Below are positions 17,922-27,558 of a stretch of 32,000 bases of DNA, piece by piece (position 1 is the first letter of the stretch; each line of letters opens with the position of its first letter). The notes beneath the pieces are model-generated. The model had not been told where the DNA came from, made no database searches, and worked only from the letters and a program-made list of their open reading frames with translations. Position numbers and translations under genes: made by a program. This DNA is from Candidatus Fokinia solitaria (lineage in GTDB: Bacteria; Pseudomonadota; Alphaproteobacteria; Rickettsiales; Midichloriaceae): positions 30,001-62,000 of the forward strand of contig NZ_CP025989.1 of NCBI RefSeq assembly GCF_003072485.1, written 5' to 3'.

Positions 17922-19016
17922 TCAGACGTTGAATTTAAAATGCATTACGTCACCGTCGTGTACAACATATTCTTTACCTTCGACTCTGATTTTCCCCTGT
18001 TCTCTTGCTTTTTGCTCGCCGCCATATTTGCAATAATCCTCATATGAACATACATTAGCTTTAATGAAACCTCTTTCAAAATCCGAATGGATCTCACCTG
18101 CAGCTTTTGGCGCTGTAGTCCCTGTCTTTATCTTCCATGCGCGGGCTTCCTGTGGGCCAACAGTGAAAAAAGTGATAAAATCTAACTCATCATACAAAGC
18201 TTTTCCTAATCGTCCGACAACGCCTTCTTCGAGACCGTAGTTTTCTAGAAAAAATTGTCTCTCTTCTTTATTCATCAACGCAAGCGTAGCTTCGAGTTTA
18301 GCAGATAATACGACAGCTCTTTTATGTTCTGATATTGCGATTTCCTCTACTATTCTAGAATATTCGTTACCGCCTTTATTCACATCTTCCTCTCCTATGT
18401 TAGCGATGTATATCTGCTTCTTCATACTTAGCAAGCCAAGTTCTTTAAAAAATTTCTCATTCTCTTCATTCACAAGATTCATGACTCCTTTTATATTGTT
18501 AGTAAGAAGATGTTCTTGGCAGAGCTTCAATAAGGTTATCTGCGATTCTCTTTCTGCTTTATTTTTTTTATCTGAATGCAGCAGTCTTTTCTCGATACTC
18601 ATCAAATCTGATAGTATGAGTTCATTCTGTATTACGAGTATATCTCTCTGAGGATCTACACTTCCATCAACGTGATGAGTCTCACTGTCAGTGAAGCATC
18701 TTACAACATGTGCTATTGCATCAACTTCTCTTATATGTCCGAGAAACTGATTACCTAATCCTTCTCCTTTACTTGCTCCCTTTACGAGACCTGCGATATC
18801 TACAAGTTCTACGGTAGAGTAAATAATATTACGAGATCCTTCGATATCCGCGAGTATTTCAAGTCTTTTATCAAAAGCTATTACCATGCCCTTGTTTGGT
18901 TCTATAGTACAGAATGGATAATTTGCAGCTTCTGCTTCTTCTTTTCCAAGTACACTATTGAAAAGAGTAGACTTTCCCACGTTAGGCAATCCTACTATTC
19001 CACATGCTACACCCAT
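17922..19016 (-). CDS. ychF: Redox-regulated ATPase/GTPase YchF
   Basis: MGVACGIVGLPNVGKSTLFNSVLGKEEAEAANYPFCTIEPNKG; C-terminal TGS-like IHSDFERGFIKANV...VHDGDVMHFKFNV. Confidence 0.98.
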   Translation of the reverse strand: MGVACGIVGLPNVGKSTLFNSVLGKEEAEAANYPFCTIEPNKGMVIAFDKRLEILADIEGSRNIIYSTVELVDIAGLVKGASKGEGLGNQFLGHIREVDAIAHVVRCFTDSETHHVDGSVDPQRDILVIQNELILSDLMSIEKRLLHSDKKNKAERESQITLLKLCQEHLLTNNIKGVMNLVNEENEKFFKELGLLSMKKQIYIANIGEEDVNKGGNEYSRIVEEIAISEHKRAVVLSAKLEATLALMNKEERQFFLENYGLEEGVVGRLGKALYDELDFITFFTVGPQEARAWKIKTGTTAPKAAGEIHSDFERGFIKANVCSYEDYCKYGGEQKAREQGKIRVEGKEYVVHDGDVMHFKFNV

Positions 19017-19130
19017 AACTTCTAAAAAACGAAAAATCCGACTACAATGTACAATACATACAAAAAGCAGTATTGCTGTGATAGCCGGTACTAGTTTATG
19101 CTTCTCAAAGAGTAAGCATTACAGTAAACA

Positions 19131-20390
19131 GTGTCAAACGCTTTAGAAAATCAAAGAAGCTTATTTTCTTCTGAATGTCTTGATCTTCTAAAAGTATTAA
19201 ATGCTTATTTCGAGGTGAGAGTAGTTGGAGGTTCAGTACGAGATTATCTGCTTGAAAAACACTTCCATTTAAAATTTCCGCACAGAGTTGACTATGATAT
19301 AGTAGCTAAAGCCGATTTCTTAGAAATTACGAAAGTTCTAGAAATGCATGATATACACTACTTTGATGATTCTCAGAAATATGGCGTACTAAAAGTGCAT
19401 TATAAAGATGTAATGTATGATGTTGCTGCACCACGTAAGGATTTGGAGTGTTTTGGAAGAGCTGCAAGAGTTGTTGCTGGAAAACATATATCGTGGCTAG
19501 AAGATTCTATGAGGCGAGATTTTTCAATAAATGCCATTTACTGCGATGTAGAGAATGTGATGCATGACTATCACTTTGGAATAAGAGATTTGCAAAATCA
19601 GTCAATAGTATTCATAGGAGATGCAGTAGCTAGAATTAAAGAAGATTACCTACGTATATTAAGATTTTTCAGATTTAGCGGTCTATTTCGCAGTCCAAAA
19701 TTTAACAATCTAGAAATAGAGATAATAAGAAATCATAGAAATGCATTACATAATCTATCAAAGGAAAGAATTAGAAAAGAAATAATGGCGCTTCTTAAAA
19801 CGCCATATTATATGCAGTCGCTGAGGATAATGAGAAGTAATGAGATTCTTAATATCATTTCTCCTACTCTTGATAAATTTGTCGATGAAAGCGAGAAGTG
19901 CGCTTTACATGATAGTATTTTAAGTATTGCATGTATTCTAATACGAAACGGTACTTGTAATATTACGACAATTCTTGAATCAATTTCTCAATTATCAAAA
20001 GAGATAATACTTACAAATCATGAGCTTTTAAGATTGAAAACGTTGATGAAGTTATATGAATACACAGGTAGATTAGATGTCGCAGGAAGCGATGAAGACT
20101 ATAGTAAAAGAGCAGTTTTTTTATTTGGTACACAGGCATACGTAGACTTCATAAAGGTGTGTGATGCGCTGATGAATAGAGAATCCTCTATTTCAATGAA
20201 AAAGGTAAAACAATATGCGGAGATTACATTACCGATAAACGGTAATGATATAAAGCTGCTTGTAAAAGATAGTACAGATATAGGGAAATATAAAAGAAAA
20301 GCAGTACAAATTTACGTAGATAGCGGCTTTACTGCGACAAAAGAAGGCATTATTACACAGTTATTGAAAGCGAGAGACGAAAAGTGCTAA
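19131..20390 (+). CDS. CCA tRNA nucleotidyltransferase / poly(A) polymerase family
   Basis: VRVVGGSVRDYLL, HRVDYDIVAKA (DxD), SWLEDSMRRDFSINAIYCD, FIGDAVARIKEDYLRILRFFRFSG. Confidence 0.93.
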   Translation: MSNALENQRSLFSSECLDLLKVLNAYFEVRVVGGSVRDYLLEKHFHLKFPHRVDYDIVAKADFLEITKVLEMHDIHYFDDSQKYGVLKVHYKDVMYDVAAPRKDLECFGRAARVVAGKHISWLEDSMRRDFSINAIYCDVENVMHDYHFGIRDLQNQSIVFIGDAVARIKEDYLRILRFFRFSGLFRSPKFNNLEIEIIRNHRNALHNLSKERIRKEIMALLKTPYYMQSLRIMRSNEILNIISPTLDKFVDESEKCALHDSILSIACILIRNGTCNITTILESISQLSKEIILTNHELLRLKTLMKLYEYTGRLDVAGSDEDYSKRAVFLFGTQAYVDFIKVCDALMNRESSISMKKVKQYAEITLPINGNDIKLLVKDSTDIGKYKRKAVQIYVDSGFTATKEGIITQLLKARDEKC

Positions 20391-20396
20391 TTACGA

Positions 20397-21032
20397 TTAA
20401 AACGATACAAAGATTCTGCCATATAATGGCAAAGACAAGGATTCTTGCGTATTTTTGCTGTCGTTTATTATGCTATAATCGTCTCCGATATAAGTGTACG
20501 TTCCAAACTGAACACCTAACTTGTAAAATTGCATACGTAACCCAATATCAAAAGGATAGAGTGTACTGACGTCTTTCTTATCTGCTTCACTAACGGAGTT
20601 ACAGCCAAAGCCCTTTGAGATTGAACCTCCTATAAAAACGCCAAAACTGTACATATCGGTGATTTTTTTCAAACCTGATGCAGTGAATTTTATACCTAAC
20701 CAGTTGGAAGGATTGGACGCCGAGTGATCATACATATAAGTTAATCCTATTGTACCTAGTATGAGTCCTTTATCATGATGAAACGGCCATTGAAGGCTAT
20801 TATATGACATATCAATACCTAATTGCCCTCTTTGTGGCTGTGTACTGCTTGCTGATCTGAGGTCTAGTCCCGCTTCGAAACATCTTACGGATGGTGCGTC
20901 GTGTTGTATTTGTTCTGTACTTTCGATTGCAGATATATCTATTTTGGAATCCGCACTTGAGTACTGCGTATGTATGGCACTAAGTAATAACGCCGCAATG
21001 TTTATTATAAAAAGCATGTCGTGGTACTTCAT
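20397..21032 (-). CDS. Small outer-membrane-like protein, probable distant member of the 13.7-16.7 kb family
   Basis: N-terminal leader; CFEAGLDLR, YNSLQWPFHHDKGLILGTIGLTYMYD, FDIGLRMQFYKLGVQFG follow the order of the family framework motifs; terminal Phe. Confidence 0.55.
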   Translation of the reverse strand: MKYHDMLFIINIAALLLSAIHTQYSSADSKIDISAIESTEQIQHDAPSVRCFEAGLDLRSASSTQPQRGQLGIDMSYNSLQWPFHHDKGLILGTIGLTYMYDHSASNPSNWLGIKFTASGLKKITDMYSFGVFIGGSISKGFGCNSVSEADKKDVSTLYPFDIGLRMQFYKLGVQFGTYTYIGDDYSIINDSKNTQESLSLPLYGRIFVSF

Positions 21033-21048
21033 TCACGCAGATTGCATC

Positions 21049-21099
21049 TTTCTTAGGATATCACAGAATAGTACCGCGAGCAAAAATTATCCTAAGAAA
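21049..21099. promoter_or_regulatory. Perfect 12-bp inverted repeat between nrdB and the small omp-like gene
   Basis: TTTCTTAGGATA (21049-21060) ... TATCCTAAGAAA (21088-21099), 27-nt spacer. Confidence 0.5.
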
Positions 21100-21192
21100 T
21101 AACAAGGTACAATTAATTTTCTATCTAATATCGTTGTTTATAGCGGTATTTTCGCAACGAAATTATGTGATATAAATGAAAATGCGACATTG

Positions 21193-21228
21193 TCGTGTAG
21201 TGTCAAAGGTACAATTGCTACTACACGA
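21193..21228 (-). terminator. Possible nrdB transcript terminator hairpin (no clear U-tract)
   Basis: TCGTGTAGT (21193-21201) / ACTACACGA (21220-21228), 18-nt loop, 11 nt beyond the nrdB stop. Confidence 0.4.
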
Positions 21229-21238
21229 AATGTTCTTC

Positions 21239-22240
21239 TTAAAATACATCTTCCCATGATTCGCTAGTTGCTGCTCTTCCATATTGCGCAGTAGGCCTTT
21301 GTTCGAAAAAATTTGTAAATTGCGGTGCAACTACGATTTCATCCATCCATGCCAACGGATTGACCGTGACTTCCGGAAATGGTGGCGCTATACGCAATTG
21401 TTTCGTTCTAGTATTTGCAATAAATCTGATGTATTGCCTCATATCATTTGCTGATAAACCATGTACTTCCTTTACTATTCCAAATGCAAGATCTATAAAA
21501 GCGTCCTCATTTTTCACCACATTGATGCATGCTTCGGTAATTTCTGTGTGTAATTTTTTAGTCCATGCTTCCGGATATTCTTCGATAAATTGATGAAATA
21601 GCATTATCATCGCTTCTGTATGAAGTAACTCGTCTCTTATTGACCAGGCTACAATCTGTCCAAGCCCTTTCATTTTTCCGAATCTTTGAAAATTGATCAA
21701 CATTGCAAAGGAAGCAAAAAGCTGTAGACCTTCCGTGAAAGCACCATATACTGCTAAAGTTTTAGCTACTTCATGCGGAGAATCCATGTTGAATTGAAAT
21801 AAAAATTCGTGTTTCGTCAACATTTCTTCGAATTTCAAAAAGGCTTTATATTCAATTTGCGGTAATCCTAGAGATTCAAGCAAATGCGAATAAGCATCCA
21901 TATGGATCGTTTCAGTATTTGCAATACATAATAACATCATTACTACCTCCGTAGGCTTAAAAAATTTCAGATACTTCAAGTAGCATATAGTAGCGACATC
22001 ACTGTCTGCTTGTGTGAAAAATCGTAGTACTTGCGTAATGAGGTGACGCTCTGCTTCATTCAGCACATTCCAGTCAGATATATCATCTCCCATTGTAACT
22101 TCTGCAGCTAGCCAATGCATTTGTTGTTGTTGCAGCCATATTTCATATGCCCATGGATATCTAAAAGGCTTATATCCTACTTCTGCTGTTAGCAGTGTAT
22201 TCGGCTTTGTAAAAGATACATTACGATCGTCTTGATGCAT
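21239..22240 (-). CDS. nrdB: Ribonucleoside-diphosphate reductase class I beta subunit
   Basis: YKPFRYPWAYEIWLQQQQMHW, RFFTQADSDVA, NTETIHMDAYSHLLESLG (ExxH plus radical Tyr), WSIRDELLHTEAM. Confidence 0.96.
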   Translation of the reverse strand: MHQDDRNVSFTKPNTLLTAEVGYKPFRYPWAYEIWLQQQQMHWLAAEVTMGDDISDWNVLNEAERHLITQVLRFFTQADSDVATICYLKYLKFFKPTEVVMMLLCIANTETIHMDAYSHLLESLGLPQIEYKAFLKFEEMLTKHEFLFQFNMDSPHEVAKTLAVYGAFTEGLQLFASFAMLINFQRFGKMKGLGQIVAWSIRDELLHTEAMIMLFHQFIEEYPEAWTKKLHTEITEACINVVKNEDAFIDLAFGIVKEVHGLSANDMRQYIRFIANTRTKQLRIAPPFPEVTVNPLAWMDEIVVAPQFTNFFEQRPTAQYGRAATSESWEDVF

Positions 22241-22399
22241 GAGATTCTTTGCTTAAGTGATAGGACGTTAAGGAGTAGCAAATCAAATAAGCTTCCGCTA
22301 GTGCTTTTACAGAATATAAGAAAATACGGAGTATATTGATTTACAAGTTTTGTTCTATATAATGCTGAGCATTGAAATGCATCCATAATTAACTCCTTA

Positions 22400-22723
22400 A
22401 TGAGATTTTATAAGGTCGTCATAGGCTTGAGACATGACATGAGTAGCCATGATATAGAGAATACTATTTTTTCCGTAAGAAATATGATGGAGAAAAAAGA
22501 TTGCAAAGTGATGCAACTCGAAAGATGGGGAATGAGAGATCTGAAATACAAAGTGAAGAATGGCATGTCTGCTTACTTCGTAATATTTGGCATAGAGTGT
22601 GATGGCCCTCGTGTGAAGGAGCTTACTCATTACTTCAGTGTGCATCATGAAAATATTGTACGTTTCATGGTGCTATCGACAAGGTATTCTTTTCCAGTAG
22701 TCGAGGAATCTGTTGCTGCTTAA
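22400..22723 (+). CDS. rpsF: 30S ribosomal protein S6
   Basis: MRFYKVVIGLRHDMS...ERWGMRDLKYKVKNGMSAYFVIFGIE...ENIVRFMVLS; followed by rpsR and rplI. Confidence 0.93.
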   Translation: MRFYKVVIGLRHDMSSHDIENTIFSVRNMMEKKDCKVMQLERWGMRDLKYKVKNGMSAYFVIFGIECDGPRVKELTHYFSVHHENIVRFMVLSTRYSFPVVEESVAA

Positions 22724-22751
22724 TCAATAACAATTAATTATCACATCTATC

Positions 22752-23102
22752 ATGAATAATACTGAGCGATTTACCAATAATACCACTCAGCGAAAAGCTA
22801 CTTCCGATAATACGGAATCGCAAGCCTCAAAGAAGAACGAGGTAGCTACTCCTGCATCTGTTCTTCCGCTTCTTCAAAGTTCTATCTTATTTAATAAAAC
22901 TGCTGAAGCACAGAAGGCGCAACAAGGTAGAGCGAAACAGGTTAAAGTCTTGAATATAGTGCCATTTGATGTGCAAACTTTTAAAGATTATCTTTCAGGA
23001 TGTGGTCGTATTCTACCGAGAAAGACTACCGGTCTTTCGAGAAAAATGCAGGCTGAGTTAAAGAGATGCGTGAAAGTTGCGCGGCAATTAGGACTACAGT
23101 AA
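22752..23102 (+). CDS. rpsR: 30S ribosomal protein S18 with extended N-terminus
   Basis: C-terminal FKDYLSGCGRILPRKTTGLSRKMQAELKRCVKVARQLGL; position between rpsF and rplI. Confidence 0.92.
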   Translation: MNNTERFTNNTTQRKATSDNTESQASKKNEVATPASVLPLLQSSILFNKTAEAQKAQQGRAKQVKVLNIVPFDVQTFKDYLSGCGRILPRKTTGLSRKMQAELKRCVKVARQLGLQ

Positions 23103-23127
23103 TTGTTTTTACATTTTTGAATTTACG

Positions 23128-23592
23128 ATGAGTACTATTAATGTGATTTTCACTCATGCTATACACGGTAATAAAGTTGGTACCGTGGTAAAAGTGAAAG
23201 GGGGATATGCAAGAAATTTCCTAATTCCTATGAATTATGCAGTTTATGCTACTCCTAAAGCTGTTCAGCAGTTTGAAGAGCAGAGAGTAGCTTTAGAACT
23301 GAAAGCACAGGAGCAGAGAAAAATTGCAATTGAAAGAGTAGAGGTAATGAAAACTGCTTCTGTTACTCTATCATATAAAGCAGGTAATGATGGAAAATTA
23401 TACGGTTCTGTAAGTAAAACTGATATCAGTAAAGCGATCTCCGATACATTAGGATTTGATATTGAGCCCGTGCAAATCATCATGCATCAGAAGCTAAGTA
23501 TGATCGGTACTTACAGTATAGCAATCTCATTATATGAAGATGTTGAAGCTACTTTAACGGTGAATGTGCAATCTGCTGTAGATGAGCAATAA
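23128..23592 (+). CDS. rplI: 50S ribosomal protein L9
   Basis: MSTINVIFTHAIHGNKVGTVVKVKGGYARNFLIPMNYAVYAT; operon position. Confidence 0.94.
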   Translation: MSTINVIFTHAIHGNKVGTVVKVKGGYARNFLIPMNYAVYATPKAVQQFEEQRVALELKAQEQRKIAIERVEVMKTASVTLSYKAGNDGKLYGSVSKTDISKAISDTLGFDIEPVQIIMHQKLSMIGTYSIAISLYEDVEATLTVNVQSAVDEQ

Positions 23593-23758
23593 AACGCGTA
23601 GTACGTTTTCCTTCGTATTTTCGTTTCTTTCTTACTTTCTACGGATAAAAGTCTGAGACCTTGTAGCGCTTCAGAGTACTGTAGCAGATTAGTGCTTTTC
23701 TTCAGTTTGTTGTAGCTTGTTTTATAGATGCGAATGCTTATTCTGTTTTTTTCTTGCA

Positions 23759-25252
23759 CTACTCTATGATGGCTTTATCCTCGTCCAATCTACCGAGATC
23801 ATACGAAGACATCCATGCGTGATGCGTATCTCTATAAAGATATCGAGATGAAAAGATATAGCTTTTTCCATTCAAGCAAACTTCCACTTCATTGATCAAT
23901 GGACTCACAATCGCCTTACCGTAGTATAAGAACGGTACGGTATTCAATACTCTTGCAGATGTTTTCTTTACTTCTGCGACACTTCTCACATTGCACTCTG
24001 ATGGCAACTTGATTTTTGCGCATTTTGATTCAAATCGAGAAATCGTAAAAGGATTCTTTTTCTCTGATGTCATACACGTAATTAAAAATCTATCGTCCCA
24101 TACAACTCTAGAGTTCGCTTCGTATACTTTATCATCAATAAATTGCTTTTCCTTCACTATTATCATCACTCTTTCTTTAGTACTTATGTCTTCTACTACA
24201 TCTATAAGTTCATTTTGAGAAGCTGCGCTTATAATACACTTATTAAGTGTGCATTGCTTCATAGTTGTAATATTGTCACATAATATCAATAGTGAAGATA
24301 GCCTCGGTGGATATTTAAAACGTACGATATTACGTAGCATTTTTCTCATTATTCTGAGCTTCATCTCCAATTCTAATTCTGCGAATAGTCGTAGATTAAA
24401 AAATCCCGCGCCGTATTGTGACACATAACAGTTTTCCATCAGCCAATCATTTGTGTATTTTTCTATAAAGGCCATAGTTCTTTGCATATTGCTGGAGAGA
24501 AGAATAAATCTTTTGTGAAAAAGATCGTACGTACAATTTATTTTTATATTTGTTTTTATATTATTCAGCAATTCTCGTACCGAAGCTCTTAGAAATCTTT
24601 GATCTTTATTCATATCATCCATGATATAAGCCTTGACACCTTTTGCTGCTAAACATTTTTCAATTTCACTTCTTGACCAATCTAACAATGGTCTTACTAA
24701 CAGCAGCTGCTGATTTTTATTTTTGTAGAAGGCTTGTAGTTGTGTAATTTGAGAAATACCACATATACCTTCTGCGCCTGAACCACGTATTATATTCATT
24801 AAAACAGTTTCGATATTATCATCTGCGTGATGTGCAGTCATAACAATACTTGCGCCACATTTATATGCTGCTTGAAAGAGTAGCTGGTATCTTTTATCTC
24901 TCGCTATGGAATAAATATTACTTTGCGGTTTATCTCCTTCCCATTTTTGTACGATCATCTCTTTTCCGGTAATAGAGGATAAAATGCGTGATGCTTGTAT
25001 TTCTTCTGCATCAGCCGTCTTTTTTAAGCCGTGATTGACGAAAACTGGATGTATTTCAATATTTAGTGATTTCGCTACTTCAAGTAATAATAAGATCAAA
25101 CATAAGCTATCAGCACCACCAGAGTATCCTACTACCACTACTTTATTTTGAAGTAAGTGAAATAGAGATACATGATTCTTAGAACTAACATCTATCCTCT
25201 TTAGTGATGAGAGAAATTTTTTTATGAAGGGACACTTATTCTCTGCTTTCAT
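23759..25252 (-). CDS. tilS: tRNA(Ile)-lysidine synthase
   Basis: VVVGYSGGADSLCLILLL (PP-loop), HPVFVNHGLK, TAHHADDNIETVLMNIIRGSGAEGICGI. Confidence 0.93.
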   Translation of the reverse strand: MKAENKCPFIKKFLSSLKRIDVSSKNHVSLFHLLQNKVVVVGYSGGADSLCLILLLLEVAKSLNIEIHPVFVNHGLKKTADAEEIQASRILSSITGKEMIVQKWEGDKPQSNIYSIARDKRYQLLFQAAYKCGASIVMTAHHADDNIETVLMNIIRGSGAEGICGISQITQLQAFYKNKNQQLLLVRPLLDWSRSEIEKCLAAKGVKAYIMDDMNKDQRFLRASVRELLNNIKTNIKINCTYDLFHKRFILLSSNMQRTMAFIEKYTNDWLMENCYVSQYGAGFFNLRLFAELELEMKLRIMRKMLRNIVRFKYPPRLSSLLILCDNITTMKQCTLNKCIISAASQNELIDVVEDISTKERVMIIVKEKQFIDDKVYEANSRVVWDDRFLITCMTSEKKNPFTISRFESKCAKIKLPSECNVRSVAEVKKTSARVLNTVPFLYYGKAIVSPLINEVEVCLNGKSYIFSSRYLYRDTHHAWMSSYDLGRLDEDKAIIE

Positions 25253-25258
25253 GGCGAT

Positions 25259-26971
25259 TCATAATAAAAGTAGTAATGCGGATGATAATATAAAGAATCC
25301 TATTAATTTCATTGTATCAGTTTTAGTATACATCATGATAACACTCCCAAGAGATAGTGCTACTACCATCTCTTTTGTGATATTTTTTACGTGAATTGCT
25401 GAATATTGCAGTTCAGCGAAATACTTAGCAAGGCATATCATTAACTTCACTGGTATGACTAAAAGTTGCAAAGTGTATTTACTATAATCAATAAAGCTTG
25501 TTGCAAGATATATCATGGATAACGGCATCACAATTATATCTACTAATGGAATAATAATAAAGTTCGCAAATATGGAGTAAATTGAGAGTGTATGAAAATG
25601 AAATGCTACTACAGGTATAGTGCATAGCGTCGCGATAATAGAGCATGTTATGAGATTTTGAAAATAAATGCATGACTTTAACAAGATATTTTTCGATTTT
25701 GTATTGTCAGAATCGATGCCACTAAAACTAAACTGTAAGTTATGAACGCAGTATATAACTCCTATACAAGCTAAGAATGACATCTGCATGCCGGCGTTCA
25801 ATATTGCTTCCGGCTGTAATAACAATATTAATGATGCAGTAGTAGCCAGTACACGTTTTATATCGTTGCCCTTTCCAATAACAGTACCAAGTCCACATAA
25901 TAGAAACATTAATACTGCTCTTACTCCGGAAATAGGAGAATTGACTATTAGTAGGTAAAATACTACCAGTACAGATACTATGCAGTAAGACAGTTTTGTG
26001 CTGAAGATACTATTTATAGAAGTATAAATACGTAGTAAGAAAAATCTTATTATGTACAACATCATTACTGACATTACCGTGATGTGCATGCCAGAGATTG
26101 CTATGACATGAGAAGTGCCGGAGATTCTGAAATATTCGTAAATGTGTTTCGGTATTTTATATACCTCTCCGAGTAATAATCCATTTACTACTCCGCTTAC
26201 GTCATACTCCAATGCTGTATCGATTTGCGATGCAATTTTATGTCTTATTATTTCCGGAAGATATAATGCGAAATTCGTGGATTTTTTCAGCAAAGTGAAA
26301 TCGGTGAGAGAGAATCCTACGGCGCCTATTTTTTTAAAATAAGCAAATTGCGCAAAATCAAATGGATAATGCTGCTTTACTGTTTTAGGTGGAAACAATT
26401 GCGCATCGAAAGATACTCGTGCGCCTAGTATGTTAGTGTAATCTTTTAACGTAGCATTATATTTTTTGTTTACTCTTATCCTTATCGCATGCGGTGTATC
26501 AGATATATGTACCTTACTAATGTGTAAGTTTGTAAGAAGTACTTTATAATGATCATTTGCTTTACATATTGATTGTACGACACCGTCTACATGCGTAGTG
26601 ATTTTGTGATTTAATTTTGGCGCATGTACTGTGATGATTCTTAAATCCATTGCTATGACACCAAGGCAAAAGAAGAAAGATATGCAGCAGATGATATTTA
26701 GAAAATCAGTTTTGTTGTTTGTGCTTGTATTGCTTCGTTTTAGGTAACATAACGCAATAAATAAGAATATAGAGAGTAGCCATATAAATGTGACATCAAT
26801 ATTATATGCAATTCTTGCGATAATGCCTGATGATAAAATAATCGGAATCCACAGTACGATGTACTTCCCTTCCTCTAGCAGTTCTACGAAGATCTTCTCC
26901 TTATGCTTTTGTAAGATATCCGTCAGACAGTAGAAATACCTGATCGCAGCTTCTTGCAATATTGTCATCAT
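25259..26971 (-). CDS. ComEC/Rec2-family membrane protein, competence domain
   Basis: NGLLLGEVYKIPKHIYEYFRISGTSHVIAISGMHITVM...SPISGVRAVLMFLL; no C-terminal metallo-beta-lactamase domain in the 570 aa. Confidence 0.88.
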   Translation of the reverse strand: MMTILQEAAIRYFYCLTDILQKHKEKIFVELLEEGKYIVLWIPIILSSGIIARIAYNIDVTFIWLLSIFLFIALCYLKRSNTSTNNKTDFLNIICCISFFFCLGVIAMDLRIITVHAPKLNHKITTHVDGVVQSICKANDHYKVLLTNLHISKVHISDTPHAIRIRVNKKYNATLKDYTNILGARVSFDAQLFPPKTVKQHYPFDFAQFAYFKKIGAVGFSLTDFTLLKKSTNFALYLPEIIRHKIASQIDTALEYDVSGVVNGLLLGEVYKIPKHIYEYFRISGTSHVIAISGMHITVMSVMMLYIIRFFLLRIYTSINSIFSTKLSYCIVSVLVVFYLLIVNSPISGVRAVLMFLLCGLGTVIGKGNDIKRVLATTASLILLLQPEAILNAGMQMSFLACIGVIYCVHNLQFSFSGIDSDNTKSKNILLKSCIYFQNLITCSIIATLCTIPVVAFHFHTLSIYSIFANFIIIPLVDIIVMPLSMIYLATSFIDYSKYTLQLLVIPVKLMICLAKYFAELQYSAIHVKNITKEMVVALSLGSVIMMYTKTDTMKLIGFFILSSALLLLL

Positions 26972-27554
26972 GTGTTGCTATAATGATGGTGGCGTTATCA
27001 TTTCTTGCAGTTTCAAGTAGTACTTCAAATACGCGATCTGCATTCTGCCTGTCAAGGCTACCGGTAGGTTCGTCTGCAATTATTATTTTAGGTGAATTCA
27101 CAAGCCCTCTTGCTACTGCTACTCTTTGTTTTTCTCCTCCAGATAATTTATCTACTACTACATTTTTTTTATGCGCCAAATCAAATTTTTGAAGTATGGA
27201 AAGAGCAACATCTTTATCAGCATCTTCAGCTTTTATCTTCATAGGAATTAAAAGATTTTCCAGTGCTGTAAAACCGCTTAACAGATAATGAAACTGATAT
27301 ATAAAACCTATCATCTTTTTCCTCATTATAGTAACGGTGCTATCATTTTTCGCATTACATTGAATGCCATCTAGTAGTAACTCGCCACTTGTAGGTGTAT
27401 CTAGTAAGCCAATAATTTGAAGTAGCGTTGATTTTCCTGAGCCAGAAGGGCCTACTATCGCAGTTATATTGCCGCGAGGAACAGAAAATGACACATTCTT
27501 CAAAATAGATTTTTGATCATCTATTTTTTTTTGAAGATTCTTCAATAAAATCAC
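26901..27554 (-). CDS. lolD: Lipoprotein-releasing ABC transporter ATP-binding protein
   Basis: VGPSGSGKSTLLQIIGLLDTPTSG, FIYQFHYLLSGFTALENLLIPM, LSGGEKQRVAVARGLVNSPKIIIADEPTGSLD. Confidence 0.9.
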   Translation of the reverse strand: MILLKNLQKKIDDQKSILKNVSFSVPRGNITAIVGPSGSGKSTLLQIIGLLDTPTSGELLLDGIQCNAKNDSTVTIMRKKMIGFIYQFHYLLSGFTALENLLIPMKIKAEDADKDVALSILQKFDLAHKKNVVVDKLSGGEKQRVAVARGLVNSPKIIIADEPTGSLDRQNADRVFEVLLETARNDNATIIIATHDDNIARSCDQVFLLSDGYLTKA

Positions 27555-27558
27555 CGTC

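Noticed and set aside
18397-18651. Plus-strand ORF opposite ychF
   Set aside because: Antisense to a highly conserved gene; composition typical of shadow frames.
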